The position numbers and the translations under genes are program-made. Positions 59,018-64,000 of a stretch of 64,000 nucleotides of DNA are shown here, one piece after another. The DNA lies in assembly GCA_965203055.1 (NCBI GenBank), contig OZ241863.1, forward strand, positions 864,001 to 928,000, given 5' to 3'. The stretch is from Spirochaetia bacterium (GTDB lineage Bacteria > Spirochaetota > Spirochaetia > SZUA-6 > Bin103). Below the pieces are notes generated by a model. That model was not told where the DNA came from and ran no database searches. It saw nothing but the letters and a program-made list of their open reading frames with translations. Every line of letters begins with the position of its first letter. Positions within the stretch are counted from its first letter, which is position 1.

Positions 59018-60205
59018 ATGGCCGAGGCAGACCGCGAGCGCGCCGCCGGCACGGTGGTCGAAACGCGCGAGCTGGTGGTGCCGCGCGTGCCTGAGGCGGC
59101 GGCCGCGGACGACCGCGACGACCGCGCCTTCTACGCCTCGCAGTGGCAGCTCATGCGGCGCCGCTTCTTCCGCCACAAGGTGGCGGTCGGGGCGACGCTG
59201 GCGCTGGCCGCGCTCTATCTGGCGGCGCTGTTTTCGCCGTTCCTGAGCCCCCACGATCCGCTGCAGCGCAGCCTCGCCTACAAGGAGGCGCCGCCGCAGG
59301 TGGTGCGCGTCTTCGCGGAGGGCCGCCTGCGCCGGCCGTTCGTCTACCCGCTGGTGAGCGAGATGGACCGGGAGACCTACGAGAACGTCTACCAGGAGGA
59401 CCGGACGCAGCGCTACCCGGTGCGGCTGTTCGTGCGCGGGTTCTCATACCGGCTGTTCGGGCTGTTTCCCTCCGACCTGCACCTGTTCGGCACCGGCGTC
59501 GAGGGGGTGCCGGTCCATCTGTTCGGCACCGACTCCATTGGCCGCGACGTGTTCTCGCGCACCCTGTACGGTTCGCAGATCTCGCTGTCGGTCGGCTTGG
59601 TGGGGGTGGTGATCAGCTTCTTCCTGGGCATTCTGATCGGCGGCGTGGCCGGCTTCTTCGGCGGCACCGTGGACGAGGTGATCCAGCGCCTGATCGAGAT
59701 CATCATCGGGATTCCGAGCCTGCCGCTGTGGATGGGGCTGAGCGCGGCGCTGCCCACCGGCTGGCCGGTGGTCCGAGTGTACTTCGCCATCACCGTGATC
59801 GTGTCGCTGATCGGCTGGACCAGCCTGGCGCGGGTGGTGCGCGGCAAGTTCCTGTCCCTGCGCGAGGAGGACTTCGTGGTGGCGGCCAAGCTGGCCGGCC
59901 GGCGCGACGTGCCCACCATCTTCCTGCACATGGTGCCCTCGTTCCTCAGCCACATCATCGCCTCGCTGACCCTCGCCATCCCGACCATGATCCTGGCGGA
60001 GACCGCGCTCAGCTTCCTCGGCCTGGGCATGCAGCCGCCGGCGATCAGTTGGGGCGTGCTGCTCAAGGCCGCGCAGAACGTGCACTCCATCGCCCTGGCG
60101 CCGTGGCTGATGATCCCGGGCCTGTTCGTGATCGTCACCGTGCTCGCCTTCAACTTCGTCGGCGACGGCCTGCGCGACGCCGCCGACCCCTACGCCTCCC
60201 ACTGA
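59018..60205 (+). CDS. Peptide-type ABC permease (DppC/OppC-like)
   Basis: 'FGTDSIGRDVFSR', 'ETALSFLGLG', 'GDGLRDAADP'. Confidence 0.94.
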   Translation: MAEADRERAAGTVVETRELVVPRVPEAAAADDRDDRAFYASQWQLMRRRFFRHKVAVGATLALAALYLAALFSPFLSPHDPLQRSLAYKEAPPQVVRVFAEGRLRRPFVYPLVSEMDRETYENVYQEDRTQRYPVRLFVRGFSYRLFGLFPSDLHLFGTGVEGVPVHLFGTDSIGRDVFSRTLYGSQISLSVGLVGVVISFFLGILIGGVAGFFGGTVDEVIQRLIEIIIGIPSLPLWMGLSAALPTGWPVVRVYFAITVIVSLIGWTSLARVVRGKFLSLREEDFVVAAKLAGRRDVPTIFLHMVPSFLSHIIASLTLAIPTMILAETALSFLGLGMQPPAISWGVLLKAAQNVHSIALAPWLMIPGLFVIVTVLAFNFVGDGLRDAADPYASH

Positions 60206-61428
60206 CGGGCCGACCAGATGACGAGTCGCAGCTCGCTGTCGTCGATCAAGGTGTACTCCGGCGGCCGCCCGGACAACTCCTGGCTCTCCCGGAGAATGAC
60301 AGGAACGCCGTCGCCGCGCCGGTCCATGAGGTAGGAGCGCCCGATCCCTGCCGGCGCGGGACAGCGGCCGAGCAGTGAGACGATCAGTTCGTTGCGGTTG
60401 GCCTGCCGCAAGTGCAGGCTGTCGGTAGTCAGCGTGTTGACCAGATCCCCAGGTACGTAGAGCTCCAGCCGATTGGCAAACAGGTGCAGGCGAACGCGTG
60501 TCCCCGCCATCGAGTAATCCCGGTGCGCCACCGCGTTCACCAATGCCTCGAACACCGCCCGGTCGCTGAATTGCGGGCGCTCGACCCGCGCCGTCACCTT
60601 CGTGGCGCGGACGAGCATGTTGCGGCGCACGAAGTGCAGCGCCTCCTCGATCTGCGCGTCCAGCGGTCCTTCCAGATCGCGCGCGTCGTTCTGGTAGTTC
60701 ACGTCGTGGCGTTCGCCGGCGTAGCTCACCGTCTGAATCTGCGCGTGCGGCAGCCACTGCTGCGGGTTCCGCGTGCAGAGCAGGGCTCCGGCCAGCGACA
60801 GCGGCGCGTCGCCGCCGTCAGGGTCTTCGCTCACGATTCGCAGCTTGCGCAGGGTATCCTCGCTCAGCGGGGTATCGTCGCGCAGGAATCGCCGCGTCAG
60901 CGCGTCGTCAAGATACCGCGGCGAGCTTCCCGGCACGGCCGATTCGTCGAAGCGGATCACTCGACTCTGGCTGCGATTCTGAAACAGACGCGCCAACGAC
61001 TCCGGTTGCAGCTCCCGCGTCGAATCTCCGACCCGGCGAAAATATCCGCCGGGGCTTCGGTGAACGAACAGACTGCGGGGCACGTCGACGCGAATGATCG
61101 CTACCGGATCGCCGTCATCTCGCCGTACTTCGACGATGCGAATGTCGACGTCGTCCAGCGGCGGCTTGATGGTATCGGTGCAGATGTTTCTGATCCAGAC
61201 TACGGCGGTGTCCAGCCGCGGCGCCGGCACGCCGACGATCTCACGCGTGCCGTCATCGACGCCCAGCACGAAGGTTCCGCCGCGGCCGTTGGCAAAGGAC
61301 GCCAGGGTGTCGGCTACGCGGTGGCTCCTGGGTTCGGTGACGCGGCCCCCGGAGAAGAATATCCGTTTGTATTCAAGACGGCCGTCCTCTCCGAGGCGGA
61401 TGCGCCGGAGGAGGTCAGTGTCGATCAT
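60190..61428 (-). CDS. Schlafen/AlbA_2 domain + HATPase_c_4 (RecG-C-like) protein
   Basis: 'GEDGRLEYK', 'SFANGRGGTFVLGVDD', 'EALVNAVAHRDY', 'RNELI', 'RGDGV'. Confidence 0.88.
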   Translation of the reverse strand: MIDTDLLRRIRLGEDGRLEYKRIFFSGGRVTEPRSHRVADTLASFANGRGGTFVLGVDDGTREIVGVPAPRLDTAVVWIRNICTDTIKPPLDDVDIRIVEVRRDDGDPVAIIRVDVPRSLFVHRSPGGYFRRVGDSTRELQPESLARLFQNRSQSRVIRFDESAVPGSSPRYLDDALTRRFLRDDTPLSEDTLRKLRIVSEDPDGGDAPLSLAGALLCTRNPQQWLPHAQIQTVSYAGERHDVNYQNDARDLEGPLDAQIEEALHFVRRNMLVRATKVTARVERPQFSDRAVFEALVNAVAHRDYSMAGTRVRLHLFANRLELYVPGDLVNTLTTDSLHLRQANRNELIVSLLGRCPAPAGIGRSYLMDRRGDGVPVILRESQELSGRPPEYTLIDDSELRLVIWSARQWEA

Positions 61429-64000
61429 CGCGTCCAGCTCCCGGCATGATGCGCCGGTATCGTACCCGGAACGCATCGCGGCCGCCCTCCATCACCCGGC
61501 AGATCTCGTCTCTGACCGTGCGCTCCTGGAGACCGCCGGAACAGACCGAAAACGACTCACCCTTGCGCGTATCGAGCGACATCACCAGCTCCGCGTCCCC
61601 GTGTACCACGATGTTGGGATTGTGGGTGACGACGACGATCTGCCGCCGCGTCTTTTGTTCGCGCAGCCGGCGCACGAGCAGTTCGTAGATGAGGGTGCTG
61701 TCCAGGTCGTCTTCCGGCTGGTCCAATATGATCGGTTCGACGCCGTAGCCCAGCACGAAGGCGAGCAAGGCAGCGGTCTGCTGGCCGGGAGATCCATGCG
61801 CCAGGGGTTTCCACGGTTTCCGGGGTTGGCGTTGATCGCGAAAGCTCACCGCTACGGCGTCTTCCGGATCGTACAGCGCCAGCCGGTCCAGGCGTTCCGG
61901 CTGGAGACGCTTCAGCGCCCGTTCGAACCTTGCATCCTGCGCGTCCCATGAACCGGAGCCCGCGACGACTGCGTGTAACTTGCCGAGTGTCCGGTCAAGT
62001 GCGCGCCACGTCCATGCACGCTGGGGCTGGGGATCGATCCGCTTCGCCAGCGCCCGGTGATCCTGATCGAAGTGCGCGATGCCCATGGTGGTGCGCAGAA
62101 ACGCCGGCAGGGAGCTCCGGTCGCCGTCAGCATCGATCGAGATACGGACCAGGTCGCTTGACGTCTCACCTGCGAATCGCTGTCTCCTGCCGCTCAAGTC
62201 GGCCCGTACGGCGCGGTACTGCTCAAGGACGGATGCGGCATCCACTTCACGTTCCTGCGCCTCGGCTTGTTGCTGCTCAAGGCGCTCTATCTCCCGTTGC
62301 AGCGCGGCCTGCTGATCGAGAAGGTCACGGTACTCGGCAGGACTGGAAATCCCCGCTCCGCTGAGCTCTGAGCTGATCAGCCGGTATTCCTCCGCGTTCG
62401 CCGCCAGGGCCCGTTGCCAGGAGTGATCGGGATCGTCGTCCAGATTCCCGATTCGTCGGCTGGCGCTCGCGGTGGCCTCGCGCACGGCATCGGTCAGCGA
62501 GCGGACGATCCGCGCCAGTTCGTCGTGCGCGCTCCGCAGGGCGGCGCCGGCAGGATCCGCCCCGGTCTCGATCTCCTGATCCAGGTCCGCAACCGTGACG
62601 GCTGCCGCTGCGCGATCGATCTCGTCGATGCCATCCACGACGTTTTTCTGAATCGACTGCCACGCCGCGTCGTACCGCCGGAAGGTCCGGTATCGTTTGA
62701 GCGCGGCTTCGTGTTCACCGGTCTGCAGCACGCTGAGCTTTCGCCGTACGTCGGATAGCGCGGCGTTACGGGGGGGAAGGTCAGCCGCCGCCGCGCGCAG
62801 CGCACGCGCTTCGGCGCGCAGTGCCAGGTAGCGCGCGGCCAGTTCCTTGCTCCGCCGGCGCAGGGCCGCTCCGTCGACGGCGCCGGTGTCGTCGATCACC
62901 GCAAGCAGCGCATCAGGATTACGAGCGATCTCGAAGAGTTGCTTCTGGCTGTAGATGCGGACGGGAAATCGTTCTCGAATGTCGCCATCCTCCGGAATGA
63001 GCGCGCCGCCGTCGCAGCGCGAGATCGCCGGCGCCGTGCCGTCGCGACTCCAGGCCAGCTCGAAGCGCGCGCCATCTTTTCGGTAGATGAGTCTGATGGT
63101 CGTAGCGTCCGTCAGAAGCCCTTCATCGCCGCGTGCGCGAGGCACCTGGAGGCGTTGTCGAAATGCGCGCTGCAGCTCGTCGTGACGGTCGAGCTCGGCC
63201 TCGCGGCGCAGCGCCGTTCGACAGAAATCGACGAGCGTGGACTTGCCGGTGCCTCGTCCTCCTATGATCGTGTTGAACCAGGGGTTGAACGGGACCTGCA
63301 ACGGCTGCGATCGTCCCAGGTACCGGGCCTTGTGGACGATGATGCTCTCGATTGCCGATGCCGCATGAAGATTGGGATCGCCGGTGGTTCCTGCCGCTGC
63401 GGGCCGGACCGAGTCAGCGCCGTCGAGCAGCGCCAGGCGAAGACCTTCGGCGTCCGGTCTGGTCATTTTGATCCAGGTACCGCGGCGCCCGAACTGATCG
63501 AGGCGGTGGCTGTCGGAGCTCCAGAGCCGCGGGATGCTGCGTCCGATCTCGGGTTTGCGGCCGTCGATCCACGATTCGTCGAACGGGACGTCAGGAACGA
63601 TTTCGACGGCCGCCAGAAGCGGATGACGCAACTCGGCGATGCGTTGCTGGCCGTCGTGCTCGAGCAAGCCGCCCGGCTGGTTGACGTGCGCGCCGATCAC
63701 GAGCGCGTCGGCCGGGCACGCGGCGAGAATCTGTTCGACGCTGAGCGGAGATCGAGCGTCCTCCCGGCCCCGTCCATCTACGGGGATCTCGATGCGGGAC
63801 AGAAAGTCCTCGACGTGCTGCCGGGTGCGAGTCGGGTCCATCAGCATCAGCAGGTGCACACCGTCGTTCGCCGTGACCTCGGCGCCGGGAAAGAGAACCG
63901 GGCTACCTTCTACCATGGCCGCAGCTTGCTGCAGCGGCGCTATGCCCGCCGCGGTGTTGTGGTCCGTGACGGCCACGGCGTGGAGGCCGGCGTCGCGGGC
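61415..64000 (-). CDS. PHP phosphoesterase + SMC-like AAA ATPase (TrlF/Ppl-like); 5' end outside window
   Basis: PHP 'AVTDHN', 'GAEV','GVHLL','GAH','SDSH'; ATPase 'IGGRGTGKST', coiled coil, 'SPGQ', 'ILDQPEDDLD', 'VTHNPN'. Confidence 0.9.
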   Translation of the reverse strand, partial: ARDAGLHAVAVTDHNTAAGIAPLQQAAAMVEGSPVLFPGAEVTANDGVHLLMLMDPTRTRQHVEDFLSRIEIPVDGRGREDARSPLSVEQILAACPADALVIGAHVNQPGGLLEHDGQQRIAELRHPLLAAVEIVPDVPFDESWIDGRKPEIGRSIPRLWSSDSHRLDQFGRRGTWIKMTRPDAEGLRLALLDGADSVRPAAAGTTGDPNLHAASAIESIIVHKARYLGRSQPLQVPFNPWFNTIIGGRGTGKSTLVDFCRTALRREAELDRHDELQRAFRQRLQVPRARGDEGLLTDATTIRLIYRKDGARFELAWSRDGTAPAISRCDGGALIPEDGDIRERFPVRIYSQKQLFEIARNPDALLAVIDDTGAVDGAALRRRSKELAARYLALRAEARALRAAAADLPPRNAALSDVRRKLSVLQTGEHEAALKRYRTFRRYDAAWQSIQKNVVDGIDEIDRAAAAVTVADLDQEIETGADPAGAALRSAHDELARIVRSLTDAVREATASASRRIGNLDDDPDHSWQRALAANAEEYRLISSELSGAGISSPAEYRDLLDQQAALQREIERLEQQQAEAQEREVDAASVLEQYRAVRADLSGRRQRFAGETSSDLVRISIDADGDRSSLPAFLRTTMGIAHFDQDHRALAKRIDPQPQRAWTWRALDRTLGKLHAVVAGSGSWDAQDARFERALKRLQPERLDRLALYDPEDAVAVSFRDQRQPRKPWKPLAHGSPGQQTAALLAFVLGYGVEPIILDQPEDDLDSTLIYELLVRRLREQKTRRQIVVVTHNPNIVVHGDAELVMSLDTRKGESFSVCSGGLQERTVRDEICRVMEGGRDAFRVRYRRIMPGAGRDDRH

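Overview
High-GC (roughly 70% by eye) bacterial chromosome segment. The style of the family-5 solute-binding proteins, the PhyH dioxygenases, the sulfatase and the AAA/PD-(D/E)XK gene resembles sponge-associated Spirochaetota, but that is inference only. Housekeeping and metabolic blocks include sugar and peptide-type ABC transporters, an MlrC-like peptidase, a sulfatase, beta-propeller hydrolases, topA, recQ and modABC. These are interrupted by three defence regions. (1) 9.6-27.7 kb: a type I restriction-modification operon used as a scaffold for nested defence genes, in the order hsdM - gajA/gajB (Gabija-like) - unknown gene - hsdS - eroded ATPase+HNH pair - rpn with an internal RBS/ATG - hsdR fused to an intact LexA/S24 domain - OLD-like ATPase/TOPRIM. 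An IS256 sits exactly on the hsdM start codon. (2) 47-50 kb: a triple-Imm53 orphan immunity protein and a small type II R-M module led by a ribbon-helix-helix gene. (3) 60-64 kb: a PHP+ATPase (Ppl/TrlF-like) gene coupled to a Schlafen/AlbA_2 gene. The most unusual structural signal is a pair of tandem lipoproteins (51.5-55.6 kb) whose GSGYTSAP repeats have mirror-symmetric linkers around a central turn, suggesting an out-and-back rod; a C10 tract upstream may phase-vary the first gene. No rRNA, tRNA or CRISPR array was seen.
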